A program made the translations under genes and the position numbers. A DNA stretch of 59,761 nucleotides, filler included, from Sphacelaria rigidula (taxonomy: Eukaryota): assembly GCA_964200075.2 (NCBI GenBank). It is 8 parts of 8 records of this genome, joined end to end, with 100 filler letters (N's around TTAATTAATTAA, not from the genome) between each part and the next. Parts side by side here need not be neighbours in the genome. Positions count along the whole stretch, not along the records: positions 7,485 to 14,867 come from CAXNAA020015168.1; positions 14,968 to 22,350 come from CAXNAA020015169.1; positions 22,451 to 29,833 come from CAXNAA020015170.1; 5 more parts are not named here. One strand, given 5' to 3'. Within the stretch, counting starts at the first letter, position 1; every line of letters begins with the position of its first letter. Positions 13,100 through 26,355 of this stretch are shown in pieces. The notes under the pieces are model-generated. The model did no database searches and was not told the DNA's origin. It worked only from the letters and a program-made list of their open reading frames with translations.

Positions 13100-13662
13100 A
13101 ATAGACAAATCAAATTCCCACCTCAAAGTCTTCGGCGCCACCGGCATACTGACTCGAACCACCAGGATTAGCTGCGGCATCGGCAGCAGTCATAGCAGCG
13201 TCGGCAGAACGGGACTGAAGGGAGCATATGGCGTCGCACGTATCCACCGCGTCTCCGACGACAATATTTATGCGAACGTCCAGCCGAGGAACATCGGTGG
13301 CACCAACACCGTCACTATCTTTCCCATTTTCTGGACGGCTACTCCCGTGGTGTTGCTTGGCAGAAGACGCCCAGTTGGCCGACCAACACATGCGAGAAAA
13401 TTGTTCGAGGCTCGCGCCCATAAACTTTGAAAGAAGACTTGAGTGTACATACGAAAGAAAGACGTGAGATTTGAGAAAACAACAAAAACACGGACATGGA
13501 CGGGAGTGGAGCGAAAGAATCCAAAATATTGAGGACATCAATTAGTAAAGCCAGTCCGTCAAATTGTGTTTGCTGTATCAACCTTTGTATATATTATAAT
13601 AATAATTTTCCTGAGAGCCCAAGAGAAATGACCGATCATCGGGGTCCCTGCCACGTTTCAAC
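13100..13662 (-). mobile_element. Putative Copia LTR (~13427-13662), PBS and 5' internal fragment
   Basis: Minus-strand GTTGAAA...TTTCAA termini enclose a TATA-rich core. They are followed by GTTTATGGGCGCGAG, resembling the GGTTATGGGCCCAG half-tRNA-iMet PBS of Copia elements. Confidence 0.4.
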
Positions 13663-14019
13663 CCAGATTCTGACTCTTCGGTATTTTCGGTCGGGTGACC
13701 CTGTCCCGATCGTATTGGTGAAAAAGTGTACAGGATTGTTGTTTCATTATTCTACCTACTCATTGCACTAAAGCCGAAAAACTGTGTTCTATCGTCAATA
13801 ACACCCTCCTGATAAACGAGACGAGGTATAGACTCGTATCGCCCGATAACACCGAGTAAAACTTGGGCACTTGGGGAGGGGGGGGGGGGGAATAATGATC
13901 CGTTAATTTTACCACAATCTACCGACGCTAGCATTTTCGAGTTCTACCGAAGAGCACTGTATTCGCGAGAAAAAACCTTTAATAATGAATAGTTCAGGTA
14001 CCCAGTACTATAAACATAA

Positions 14020-14630
14020 TATACTCTTGCCAAAATTCAAGCTGTATATGTACGGAGAACGCGTTCTCGAACGTTCCTGGTGTTTCGTATTTCTGGTCCC
14101 CCACAAAACATCCACGACAATCATTTCGGACGATCAACAGCTTGCGGACTGTCTGGTCCTCAAGGAGAACACTTGGCTACCCTCTTCGGGGCTGTGTGCT
14201 CCCCACGAGATGCACGATCCCAGACTCCACAACTAGAGCACATACACAGCGCACGCGGTAGTAGCCACTCGTCCAGAACAACCTTTCGAATGGGTATACA
14301 CACAATGAAGTCGGTTTTTACAAGTAAAAAGAATATATTACGTGTAGTCACTCGAATGCTACAACAAAATAGGGGAGATTCACCACCGTGCGGCCATCAG
14401 AAGACGGTAGATACGATATTTATGAGCAGAACCTGGAATCTTCCGTCAAAAGCGTGGAGATCGCAGTGGCGAAGAAAATGCAAATTCGACGAAAGTTTTT
14501 GACCACGTGCGGGAGTACTGATACAACCGTCGATGGTGACAAAATGCCAGGTATTTATGTTGGGAGAGACGGGTTGATCCCCTGACAATATGGACTCGTC
14601 CCGAGAGAGGGGAGGGGAGGAGAGGGGAGT
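14020..14630 (+). mobile_element. LINE-like 3' fragment
   Basis: Ends in gggttgatccc...ggactcgtcccgag..gagggg, shared with 31600-31650 and 43000-43040. Confidence 0.4.
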
Positions 14631-16009
14631 CCATCAACTCACCAATGTTTCGTGATCACTACCTACGCTACTTCCTACTACTTATTCCACGTCTTGGTGA
14701 ATATGAGAGAACATGAGTATTGGGCGTGCTACAGCAGAATAGTCGTACGACATACCTGGTCTCAAGTACGAAAATCCCAGCTACTAAGCCATCTGTCCAC
14801 ACGTCGGACGGATCAGGTCGTGACAGATCCGGGTCAGCTCATTTGGGGCATAAATCATGATCTGTACNNNNNNNNNNNNNNNNNNNNNNNNNNNNNNNNN
14901 NNNNNNNNNNNTTAATTAATTAANNNNNNNNNNNNNNNNNNNNNNNNNNNNNNNNNNNNNNNNNNNNCTACCCTATCGTACTTTTCTTCCTTCCAGCCCT
15001 ATCAACTATAGCTGGCAACCTCTTTCTTTGCATGTTCTTTTGCAAGAACGGAAGGGGGGGGATTGCAGCAGCAATAACGCGCTGAGGTCTTCTTACCAAA
15101 CAGTATATGCAATAGGCCATACTCTGCAGAGGAAACACTTTTCCCTATCGCAACTACTGATCGTCTGATGTCCAGGATGTGTTTCTTACTACGCCCTTGA
15201 ACCCATCTTTGACTCCTAGAAACTCTCAAGGGAGGGGACCCGGTGGGGGCAAGGGGCCACAGCGGCAGCGGGACATGCAGCTATCTCTGCAGCAGTAAGG
15301 TACAGACGAAGTAAACTGACGTGCTTGGCATTAAAGGGCCGGTGTGCGGGACGCTGCATCTCGATTTGCTGGTCTACCCTAGAAGACGGTGACTGTTGTT
15401 GCCTCTCTTCAATTGCAACACTGCTCAGTCCCTGCTCGGATCTTCTGCTGGGTTTCTAATCTACAGAGGCGAGGGAATAAGCTGAGGCTGCACAGCGTTC
15501 ATGATAGTGTGAGAGAGTTACCAATTGTTCACCGTGAATAGATCCATCTTTTAAATACCGCTGAAATCTTAGGGGGACAGGCCATGTCCCACAGTACGAC
15601 AATCAGAATAGGGTACGTTGGTAACACGTGTAACTTGTCTCCGAGTCCAAAGTTGTTTCTTCTATTCTTCTGCATGTACTGCGGCGACAAGATTACTGAA
15701 CGTAACAGTGGGCTTCACAGCGTACGTCATACTCGTACTACCACTGTGACTTCATCGACTCCCTTCCTCCCCCACTAGACGTTGATGTAAGCCCCGGTTC
15801 TCGTTACATTCCTTATCATCATCCTCCTGTACAGGGGTGACATGTGCTTGTAAGGGGGATATTTTCCTGTCGGAGTAGTTCATTTCCATCGGGGTAACTC
15901 GTCCCGGCCGGGATGTTCTTCCAGCGATGTAGTCTGTGATAATACGCAGCGGGCCAATCGGCTCTCGGCAGGACAGCGAAATGTTGTGGCGCGCACGTTC
16001 CTTCCGTAC

Positions 16010-16737
16010 CTTGCAAAGTAGTAAATCGTTCTCGAGAAGCGCCCGCCGGGTGCTCTCAGCCGTAACCCTCTCGAAATCGTGAAATGTCTCTCCATGTCCT
16101 CCGCCCGCCCCCCACTCGTCGCTGCTAGTGTCCCATCCATCGCCGCCACCGCCCTCTTGATGCTGTCCGCGTATTTCAACATGAAATACAGAAAAGGGTA
16201 TACCACGAAAAGGTAGCTATCGGCGTTCTGACTCGTGCTGCACTGGCTCTGGCCGATCACTCAAGTTCATCGCCTTGATTCACTCTCATTTATTTCGTGC
16301 CGTTGCCTTTTTCCTGGTCTTACGGTATATTGTAGTTCAGCAATGGTGCCATAATGCCGTGGAGGTTTCCCGGCTGGGTCGCCGAAATCCAGGGGCGAGA
16401 AAATACTTGGTTTCAGTGTGGAATATTGTACTTGGATTTTTCGGGGGCTGGCTGATAGTCCCAGGTGCTCAGCAGCGCGCGCAGGACGCGTTTTTGCTCG
16501 AATCGGCGCCTACCGTGCAGATATGAGCTCCGCCAACGCACACTTTGCCTAGCGCACCCTATGTACTCGCCTTGCCCGAGGGGACTCGTCTGCCTCGGGT
16601 TGCGGTTGTGGTTGTGGTTGTTGATGTGGATGTGGACGTGAATGTGGTCAGGGTGAAAATTATGGTGACCAACTCGCGGAAACGCACCTCCCAAGACGTG
16701 AGGCGCGTGCACTCATTATGGGCAGAAAATGTTTGCT
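16010..16737 (-). CDS. Putative three phase-compatible exons of an unknown gene or pseudogene (16571-16737, 16324-16509, 16010-16162)
   Basis: AG acceptors, with donors AAG|GCGAGT, ACC|GTAAGA and AAG|GTACGG. The joined frame is open: ...RVPSGK-APIRAK...ELQYT-HQEGG...ALLENDLLLCK. No recognisable domain. Confidence 0.4.
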
Positions 16738-17096
16738 CTGTCAAGATCAATTCAACTACGAGTACACGATTTCCGCATGTGCGTGTGCGGACGACGCGAA
16801 CATTACTCCCGATGCATCGGTGGCCTTCGCACGGTGTACGGATTGTGCTCTCGATATATGTGATGAACATGCTACAAAAGCGAGGGAGCTTCGCACTCTC
16901 GGCAGAGGGGAGGGGGTCCCACGAAGTGCGGTCCCCTAACGGCGGGGCCAAAACGTTGCATGTCGCGAGTCCGATCCAGTATGGTACTCCAAGTAAATAC
17001 ATTCATCCAGTAGACTGCAGAATTTCATTATAGCATATGCGGTGCTGGCACTCCATCATTTATTATCGTGGGACCTCTACGGTCTGTAGATCGTAG

Positions 17097-17311
17097 GTGA
17101 CGGGGTATAGCACCCCCTCAGCAACTCCCGACAACTTGTCCAACCTCGATTTTGCTGATAAAAACAAGATCCTGCACTCTTCAAGACATTCGATTTAACG
17201 ATATATATGTATATATATATTATGGATTTTTCACCAAAAAAAATCCGGTGGAGTGGCCTTTGGCACGAACACCGAAGATTTATCACCCTGGGGGGTGTTA
17301 TACACCGTCAC
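17097..17311. mobile_element. MITE with ~21 bp TIR
   Basis: GTGACGGGGTATAGCACCCCC ... GGGGGTGTTATACACCGTCAC; a related element lies at 33210-33421. Confidence 0.65.
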
Positions 17312-18581
17312 GTGTGGCATAGATTCAAATAGGGCGTATCATATACACCACAATGGTCCGATCGCAAGCATCCAGAGTGCTTCACTGCACTGTACTGAAT
17401 CATACATATGTGAAGTACAGCGATATCAGCAAAGGTAGCATGCTGGGTGTAACCGTGATCCTAAGCCTTCAATAAGACAACTTTGAAAGATTCAGTATAC
17501 AGGACAGTGAAGGACAATACAGGAAAGAGCATGTTAGTCAGTCACGATGACCCCGGGAGCTTCACCTGCTGCATAGCATCACCATCGCTGCTATCTGACC
17601 ATCCACTGGGTAACGGGATGGCGGACATCCAGCTGGACAACTGTGGAGCACCACAGCACAGCCCCGTTTTCGAGCTGGCGATGCTGGGTGCGATCGTAGG
17701 AAGAACCAATAGCAGAACCAAAAGCGGGCCATGACGTTTTTGACCATGCACAAAACAGCGTGTCCTTGAGGTTCGTTTCGTCCTTGCCAGACTCGGTTAT
17801 TATTTCACTGGTTCGCTGTAGAAATACGAAGACTTGCGTGGTGCTGCTTATTTCCCCTAGAGTTTCACGCTTTTGATTGAGAAGCCGGCTCCCAGTCAAC
17901 TCAACACGCACCAACCAAAGCGGTTTTCGTGACTGAGACTGCATCAAGAAAACAAGAAGCGAAGAGCGTTGTATACATATGAGAAATGATTTCTGTGGGA
18001 GGATGTTCTCCCGTGCAGGTTAGCCCTGCTGTACAGATCCGGCCCGCTATACCGGGCTTTTGAGTCATCACTCCTTCACCCTTTCTTGAAGGACCCGTGG
18101 ATGGACACCCCGAGTCTGATGACAGTCAGTTTTGAAGCAGAAATGAAACCGGTTCAACTGATGGCACACTTGGGCGGCCGGAGGGGTAATTGAGCGTTCT
18201 TGTTAGGGAGACTAGCGCTCGACGACGTCGTGCGACCTTTGAATAATGAAGATCTATGATTCGTCACCCCGTTGGTCGCGGCGGATGAACACCTGGTCTG
18301 AGTTTTTGACACTCAACGTTTCGAGTGAACACGCCAATCCAACACATGGGCAGGCCTGGACGGTCAGAGATCCTCTGTTGAACACGACACGACAGTGCAA
18401 TACAGTACGCCGGAAAAGTCAAGGTCGTTCGTGTGTTTTTTCTATATAATGGTGATATAGCAAGCCTGTGCCTAGGTAGCAGTCCGGGTCTCTGAAGCGA
18501 CCAATTCCGTTCCATTCGTGGTTAGTAGCGTGACACGTGTACAAAAATTTAGAGAGGGCAGGATCAGTGGTGCTACTTGTA

Positions 18582-18846
18582 CGGTAGGGGCGCACAACTA
18601 TTTTTTGAGGTTCGGATTTGTAGCCATCCATTTCGTCAAAAAAAATACTAATGACATAGCTCTATATGAGAGAGCACACCACGACTAGCATTTCAATGAG
18701 CTAAGGATATACACACATACTTCGTATCCCGCCCGGTTGAATTCAAAAACGGGGACGAATGTCCTGACCCATATTCTTGTGTAGCTCCCAACTTTCAGGG
18801 TCCCCTGAATGAGAAAGCTTTAGGCCCATGTGTGTAACCCCTGCCG
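18582..18846. mobile_element. Tc1/mariner-type MITE
   Basis: TA|CGGTAGGGG ... CCCCTGCCG|TA, i.e. a short TIR with TA TSD. Confidence 0.65.
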
Positions 18847-19699
18847 TAGCATGGCTCGGATGCTGTTTCATATCACAGCAAGCGTGATTTGACTAACGTC
18901 CAGTTTTTCAGCAAATCATTACTAAACGCTGCTCGTGTTGCTCTCGCTCCTATTCAACGGTCGGACAAAAATGAACTCATCTGAAAATTACTTGCTTCTA
19001 GTAGTCTGTCTCATTGATCCGTGCCGTACGAAACCAGCCCTTGGGCTTTCTTTTCAGCGTTGCACGTCAGGTACACGGTACACACACCTCGAGGCACGTG
19101 GAGTACCGCAAAAATCACGTACAGTAAGAGTCATTCTACGGTGAGGGGGGGGGGGGGGGATGGGACGCCTTTTTTTTTAAAAAAAATCAAAAACAAATAG
19201 GGGTGGAAGGTAGCAAAGGTTNNNNNNNNNNCCGCACGCACCCCCCCCTCTTGTTCTTCGTGGAAGGGGACGCGGCGGGGGGGGGGGGGGGGGGGGATGT
19301 GACGCCATTTTTTTTTCACAAAAGTCAACATCAAATCGTCGTTGAAGGTAGCAACGGTTGTCCCGACGCTTTTGTTATCGACGAATAACGCTCGTTCATA
19401 GTGCTTGACGCCAGTTTGACCCAAATACAAGCGCATCACTGCGAGTGTGTTCGGTCGTCTGACACATATATGAGCCCTATTTTTCGTGGACCCCCCCCCC
19501 CCCCCCCCTCCTCGAGCCCCCGCCACGGGCATGGTTTATCCGCCGCGCCCGCCGCCCTCCCTTTNNNNNNNNNNAGTTTTGCCCAAAAACAAGGGCACCC
19601 CTTGGGTTGGTTTTCGCCCGCCGCCCCATTTATGGGCCCTTTTTTTTGGGGACCCCCCCCCCCCCCCTTTCGTAGTATGACCCGTCAAGAGTATGTTTA

Positions 19700-19896
19700 C
19701 CCGCCAGCAACTGTTTCCTTCATTTCGAGCGACCAGGCCTCAGAAGTCGTATACTTGGTGACTCGAATCAGCGGTGATTCCTTAGACCCTAGCTCCTATT
19801 TTTGTACTGGGGAGAAGTAGGGAGCCATTCACCCGACTAGTGATTTGCGATCGAGCCTCCAACCTATCATGCAGTTGACGTTAAAGCCAAAAGCAC

Positions 19897-19934
<38 letters not shown>

Positions 19935-20420
19935 GTTTTTGGGGGACTCCATCCAAAAGCATCACCACACGCGAAGTTAACACGCAACACGGGAAAACCA
20001 TTACACCGAAAAAAGCGGGACATGGTATCTTCATGTCCGTGTATCCTCCCTTCCTCGTTTGGGACTCATGTACAAGGGTGCTTCCTAGTCCGGGGATCCG
20101 ATTCCCAATCCAAATATATCTTACCGAAAACCAAAACACATGTCTGCCTTGCTTGATCCACACATCGTCTTCTGAAATCCCACCAATCGCGCGGCTTATA
20201 CGGAATTCTTTCTGCTTGGGAACTCGCATCACAGCTATGGTGAGTACTGTGGTGGACTCCAAAGGGGTCCAGCCGCCTGCTGAACACACAGGTCAACACC
20301 CTTGTCATCCTTTCAAGCGGGTAGGCGACGGCAAGCCAAACATGAAAATCGGAATACGTTTTGGGTTACTATTGCGGTGCCCATGTTCACCAGAGATATC
20401 CAAAAAGTTCACTTCTGGGT
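19700..20420 (-). pseudogene. Possible decayed Ty3/Gypsy reverse transcriptase fragment
   Basis: Weak remnants in the expected order: VMRVPK..WDFR, FGKIYL, MSRFFRCNG, GITAD. Interrupted by poly-T at 19897-19931. Confidence 0.3.
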
Positions 20421-20781
20421 AGCTTACAAAAAGAAGCAACACTGAAGGAGGGGGTCAGGCCGAACTAGGGTAGGAGATAACAGAAACGATGAAGCCTAAG
20501 CGCAACTATAAATCATCATTGCGCTTCCTTTCTTATGTTCTTGACCCTGCCCGACCGCCACGGCGACTGTTGAAAGATATCGCTATAGTTTTTGTTAGCT
20601 ATGTTCGTGCTGCTACTGCTGCTGCCTCTTCTGTTGACGGTGGTGCTGGCGGCTGATCTGCCGTCCCGGAAGCCGCTCGTGCCCTAATAGCCCCATTTAC
20701 TGTGTTCCGCAAAAGCATGGCGATTGTCATGGGACCCACCCCACCAGGTACCTGGCGTTGATATTATGAACCGCGCGCGTG

Positions 20782-21545
20782 GAGGTCGGGGGGGGGGGGT
20801 ACTCATGATCTTGCATGTCGTAGTCATGTGACCATTGATCTCGCATCCCTACAAAGCCGGGACGGAGCACGCCGAATATTCGCCGGGTAAGGCTCACAAT
20901 CAATCACCGAGCGCGAAGCGCCGTGGTGTGTTGGGCGAGTCGCATGAAGGGTGAGCTACATCCTGCTAAGATCGTTCGGCCCGAAGCGTGCTGATAATTT
21001 TGCATATAGATGGCAGGCTCCCATTTCCACAGCAACGCCTGGGTGCCGAGCCACGTTTTCGAAAGCACCTGTACGCTTCGGGTACGTATGATTGAAGGAA
21101 AAAAAAACACCGCAAAAAATAGAAACATCACGAAAAAATAAATTAGAGAACGCAATTGGCAATCGGGTGTTGAATCTACGGCCCTGAAGCGGAAGACCAT
21201 GATCCTGTACGTGAGCCATACATACATACCGGTGTTATCTTCGAGGCGTTTTCTTTTGCCGCGGCGAATTCCACGTCTCCCACCAAGCGGTACCTACAAG
21301 CGGCAACAGCGGCAACATTCATAACGGCAACCAAACAGCAACAACAAACAGAACGACGGCCAAAAGTGAACATGAAGCAGAACGCCACCAGTTGGAACAA
21401 AACGCGAGTTCCCCCTCCCCTCTCAGTTCCTGGTCCGGCGAAAACCCGGGGTGCTCCGTCCGGGCTTTGTAGGGATGCGAGGTCAATGGTATGACTATAG
21501 CATGCATGATCATGAGTACACCGCAGTTCATGCCCCCCAAACCAT
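20782..21545. repeat. Two inverted copies (20782-20888 and ~21445-21545) of a G-run/GTACTCATGATC repeat family
   Basis: gtactcatgatc.tgcatg...gaccattga.ctcgcatccctacaaagcc.ggacggagcac occurs on both strands. Related pieces lie at ~7517, 39025-39340 and 44635-44760. Confidence 0.7.
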
Positions 21546-21699
21546 AACAGTAGACAGAAGCCATAACCCATACCCATACCCGAACCCACGCCAGACGAAT
21601 TATCCTCGGGCAACGGGGGCTAGGTGAACGGTGAACTGGCAGAGCTCAAATCGGGGTCGAAAAATCACGAGCGGCGCACGCTACGAGCTGGGCCAGCCT

Positions 21700-22350
21700 A
21701 GAGGCGGATTTGAAGTTTCTAGGCCCATGCTCCCGCCAGTATTTAGAGTTGGACCCTGAAATTTGGTATGGACAATGAATAGAGCATGAAAAAAAATTAC
21801 GCCGGCACCAGAAGTTTTTTTTTCATGAGTTGAAGGCATTTTACTGATACCTGAAAACTGATTATTGTCCATAACTCATGAAAAAAGAAAAACAACTGAT
21901 ACCGGCGTAATTTTTTTTCGTGCCCTATTCATTGTCCACACCAAATTTCAGGGTCCAACTCTAAATATTGGTGGGAGCATGGGCCTTTTAAAAACTGGGT
22001 CGGTAAAAATTCGGAACAGTATTTCGCAGGCCACTCACCGTGTTTGGTTTTCGTGTATTGAAATCTTGTATGGGCGCTCTCTCTAAGGCATGATTAAGGG
22101 AACAAAGTGGGTCAGGTTGATTTCTTCCATTTTTTTCACTGGTTTGGGGCGTTCTACTGTGGTAGAGACCATTTCTTCACGAGAACGCCCTAACCTCCAT
22201 GAAAAAAAAAATGAAGGCCCATTTTTCTATGCGGCACTATTTTGTGGTTCTCCACACCAAAATTTGTCGCCATCCGCTGAATGCATCGATTGGGAGATTC
22301 ATAGAGATTTTAGTATTGGCGCTATCTCCCTTAGGTATAGGAATTACTAG
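21700..22350. mobile_element. Interspersed AT-rich element with an internal ~110 bp inverted duplication; homologous to 52899-54330
   Basis: ggcattttactgatacctgaaaact, gggtccaactctaaatattgg and tccacaccaaaa.tgtcg.catccgctgaatgcatcgat are shared between the two regions. 21720-21830 is inverted at 21876-21988. Confidence 0.7.
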
Positions 22351-22501
22351 NNNNNNNNNNNNNNNNNNNNNNNNNNNNNNNNNNNNNNNNNNNNTTAATT
22401 AATTAANNNNNNNNNNNNNNNNNNNNNNNNNNNNNNNNNNNNNNNNNNNNTTTTTTTGTTTTGTCGCTGAGGAAAACAGGGTAGGGCGGCCTGAATTCGG
22501 T

Positions 22502-24100
22502 TTGCGTTCACCAGTTGGCCTACACGTAAGCGAAATAGAGGCAGCACCAACCAGTATGGATGACATTGCCAAGTCAGGATTTCGAGAGGCATGGTTGGAC
22601 GCGATGCAGGCCGAGCTAGGAGGTCACGAAAAGGCTGGAACATTTTCGACTGGCCCTGTACCGAAAGCAGCAAACGTGATTTCAGCTAAGTGGATTTTTA
22701 GTTGGAAGACTGACGCAGACGGTACTGTAACGAAGGCAAAGGCAAGGCTGGTAGCGCGAGGATTTGGACAACGTTTTGCAGTCGACTATTTCGAGACTTT
22801 CGCGGCAACGCCCTCCATGGCCTCCATCAAACTGGTCATGGCAGTGGTAGTTCAGGAAGAGTGGCCGCTGTACCATTTTGATGTGACACAGGCTTTTGTT
22901 CGAGCAGAAATGGATAGTGAAGCGTACATGAGATTGCCTGAAGGTTGCTCCGTTTTAACAGACGTGACCATAAAGCTTGACAAATCAATTTAGGGGATCA
23001 AGCAAACAGGCAGGCAGTGGTATCGTCTTCTGTGTAAAGCTTTACTGGAGGATGTCGGGATGGTGCAGTGTGAGGCTGATCCTTGTGTTTTCAAAATGGA
23101 GGATGCAGGAGACGTGCGTGTGATTTTAGTTGTCCATCTGGACGACATCCCTATCAATGGTCCTGAGGAATATGTAGGAAAGGTGGGTCAAATCCTCAAC
23201 AAAAAGTTCCCCACGAACAATCTCGGAGGGGTAACCTGGTACATGGGGTACGCAGTGGATCGAGACTGGAATAGAGGCACGCTGTCTGTAACGCAAACCA
23301 CGTTCACGGACGCGCTCCTGAAGCGTTTTGAGGTAAAGGGGTACTCGGAAACCCCTGCCTCTGTTTATGTGAAGTTGGGGCCGACAACGGGCGAAGACAA
23401 AAAGGTGAATCGCCCATACCGTAACGCAGTGGGGGGGTTAATGTGGCTGGCAACAGTCACCAGACCCGACATCGCGAATTCGGTACGAGCGCTTGCTCGG
23501 CAGGCGCAAGACCCATGCGAGAGGCACTGGGAAGCCATTATGAAAGTGTTGACGTACCTAAATGAGAGGAAGGGTTTTGTACTTACGTTCAAGAAAGCTA
23601 ATGGTGGGCTTTCAGCCTATTGCGATGCAAATTACGCCAAGAAGGAAACGGATAGACGTTCGGTTTCAGGGGTAGCCGTGATGTACGGTGGTGTGGTAGT
23701 GTCGGCAACGAGCCGCACGCAACACTGCGTAACTCTGTCAACTACGGAGGCAGAATACATTGCAATGGCCGAGGGGGCAAAGGAGGGATTGTTTGTGAAG
23801 GCAGTGTTAACGTTCGTGCGACCGCAGACTGTGTCGGGAAGCGTGGAAAACCAAGGTATTCTTTTGTACGAGGACAACGAGGGAGCAAAAGCCTTGGCCG
23901 AAAATTCTCTCAATTCCGAGAGGAGTAAGCACATGGACGTCAGATATCACTTCATTCGAGAGCTGGTGGGGACGGGAAAGGTCAGGGTTGTACATGTAGG
24001 CTCAGGATGGCAGCATGCAGATATTTCGACGAAGCCTCTTTCGATCAGCCTGTTTACGAGGCACAGACGTTTTTGGATGAACTTGGAAGGTGACAAGTAG
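22502..24100 (+). mobile_element. pol: Ty1/Copia pol (RVT_2 reverse transcriptase plus RNase H) with one in-frame stop
   Basis: RT motifs WLDAMQAEL, KARLVARGF, HFDVTQAF, KSI*GIKQ (TAG 22991-22993), ADPCVF, HLDD and TRPDIA. RNase H motifs CDANYA, STTEAEY, EDNEGA, KHMDVRYHFIRE and ADISTKPL. The 5' part is cut by the spacer. Confidence 0.95.
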
Positions 24101-24386
24101 GTACATTTATTGTGTGTACCATTGTGCTCATGCCGGGTATTTATAGATGTTCAAGTGATGCATTTGTGCGCATTTTGGTTTAAGCCACCCACGCTACTTT
24201 GAGGGGCATGGGTACCGTGGGGCGTTTCCTGACATGTCGTATATCTGCCTTGACCGGCGTCCATGGATTATCTAGATGGAGCATAAGCTGTTGAGGGGAG
24301 GGTGGTTTTGCCCGGATGGCCGGGTTTCCCCCTTGAAACTTTTTTTTTTTAGAGAGAGAAAGCCACGACGACTGATGTACCGGTTC

Positions 24387-24586
24387 AGAGGGGGTATTCA
24401 TGTGAACAGGTACACTGAGTGAACATGCACACGTGCGGATAGATTAATGCGGACGTGCGGGTACTGGTAGTCGAGTTTGTGTGGCTACAGCACCCTGCTC
24501 ACGGCAGCTACGACGCTGCCTGCTGAGCTCATTCAACATCTGATCCCTCGGCCATAGGGTCAACTCAGTCTAGGCACTCTCCAATA
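24387..24586 (+). repeat. Putative PPT and short 3' LTR of the Copia element
   Basis: The purine tract AGAGGGGG (24387-24394) is followed by TATT...CTCCAATA. No 5' LTR is available for confirmation. Confidence 0.35.
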
Positions 24587-24632
24587 ATACGAAAGACAAA
24601 ACTATCTATCCTTCGCTACGGGCCACGGAATA

Positions 24633-24727
24633 TACTGTACTACTGCACTGCACTGCGCTGTGCTGTGCTACGCTGTGCTGTGCTGCGCTGTGCTGTGCTG
24701 CGCTGTACTGCGCTGTGCTGTGCTGTA
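24633..24727. repeat. (GCTGT/ACTGC)n pentanucleotide microsatellite
   Basis: Direct observation. Confidence 0.9.
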
Positions 24728-26313
24728 CCGAGGTGGTTTGTGATGCTTATACACTACACGGCAGTCCAGATGACCCATGTACTGGTGCGGAGAAAATATG
24801 TAAACTTTTCGAACTTCAGCCATCACGTCGTTTCATCTGCGGCATGGATGGTTTTCAGCACAGCATTTTTCTATGAAAAGATTGATATCTCTAGATTGTG
24901 AAAATGTCCTCGGTGTCTCTGCCGGTGGCATCATGCGAACGCGGTGCTCTGCCATGATACCGGAGGTCAGGTTTGACCGGGGGGCGGGGGTGTTTACCCG
25001 AGGCTGCACGGATTCTGTAAATACTCACTGCAGACAGCACCGTTATCGGTACAACTTGCGAGAGGAACTTCTTGTCTGTATATCAACACACATCGATCGT
25101 CTTCGAGCCCACTCCTTTCATCTGAGCGATGCTTTCAGGTCCGCAGCTGCATGCACAGGGTGTGCGGAACCTCGCCGCGAGATTGGGATAATTGCCATCA
25201 TCCATCGTTCTTGCGGACACGCCTCTTTCTCTCGAAAAAAACGAGAAAGTTTTCCCACGCGTAATACTGTACTGGACTCAGTGTTACGCCCAGTTTAGTG
25301 TCACGTTTTTCACCACCACCCCCAAAATGAAGACGCGACGGAGTCTAAGAAGCGTACAGAATGTTATATCGCAACTAAAGCGATACACAGCTGTAGAACG
25401 TATCCTACATTACCCCTCCGTCGAAGTCCGGTTCAATTCCATCCTGTACAGCACACGCACGATCGATGGATGACCGGGAAAAAAGCCATGGAAATCTGTA
25501 CAAGCCAAAAAGCCATTTTCCAATATGGCCTACCTACACCCGATCGCAGATAACTTGTGCTGCACGCACGGCGGGTAGGTAAAACTTAAGAGGCAGGTAG
25601 TAATTGCTAATAGCCATCCTTTAAGATCAAATTTGCACCAATTAGTTTCCGGGATCGTGCGTAAAGTGCAAAAAAAGATGAACCTTGCTATACGTGAGCA
25701 TTTGTCGATACGGCAAGGGTATGTGCAGCCGCAACGTAAAGGGCTGATAGCTATGCGTCTTAGCTACACATAGAAATTTGATTTGTCTCTGCAGCTGCTG
25801 TGTGTGTAGAGATATTCCCATTTTGGCAGGGGGTATTGGGACACATGAGATGCGGTGGAAAAGCGTGTCAGATACTCCGGAGTATACAAAGAGAGGTATA
25901 TCCAAAATAAGCCGGCGGCAATTGCGCCGCGTTGAGGTGCGTTCGTTGTCGTACATATATTTTCCAACACTCTTTCGCGGAAACAACAGCGTTGCCCGTC
26001 AGTAGAGAAGATAGTTCAAACATGTGTATGCCGTTATAGCTGCGGTGGCGCGCGAGGTTGCTGCCCACAGCATAGAGTGCAAACAGATGTATACTGTCGT
26101 CAGCGAGGCCGTGACCCCTCCGCGTCTAAGGTCAGTTCTCATGACAAACAAACAACGCCAAAAAAATACTGTACGAACTGGACTGACTGACAGTGATTCG
26201 CGAATGTATCTGGGCCGGGCGGTTGGTAATCCGAAGCGTTTGGCGCTGAAATTTTGACATAAAAATATTTGTATCATCATCACTATGCACAACCTTCCCG
26301 GGGATGTCAAGGA

Positions 26314-26318
<5 letters not shown>

Positions 26319-26350
<32 letters not shown>
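26319..26350. repeat. (CA)n microsatellite
   Basis: Direct observation. Confidence 0.95.
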
Positions 26351-26355
<5 letters not shown>

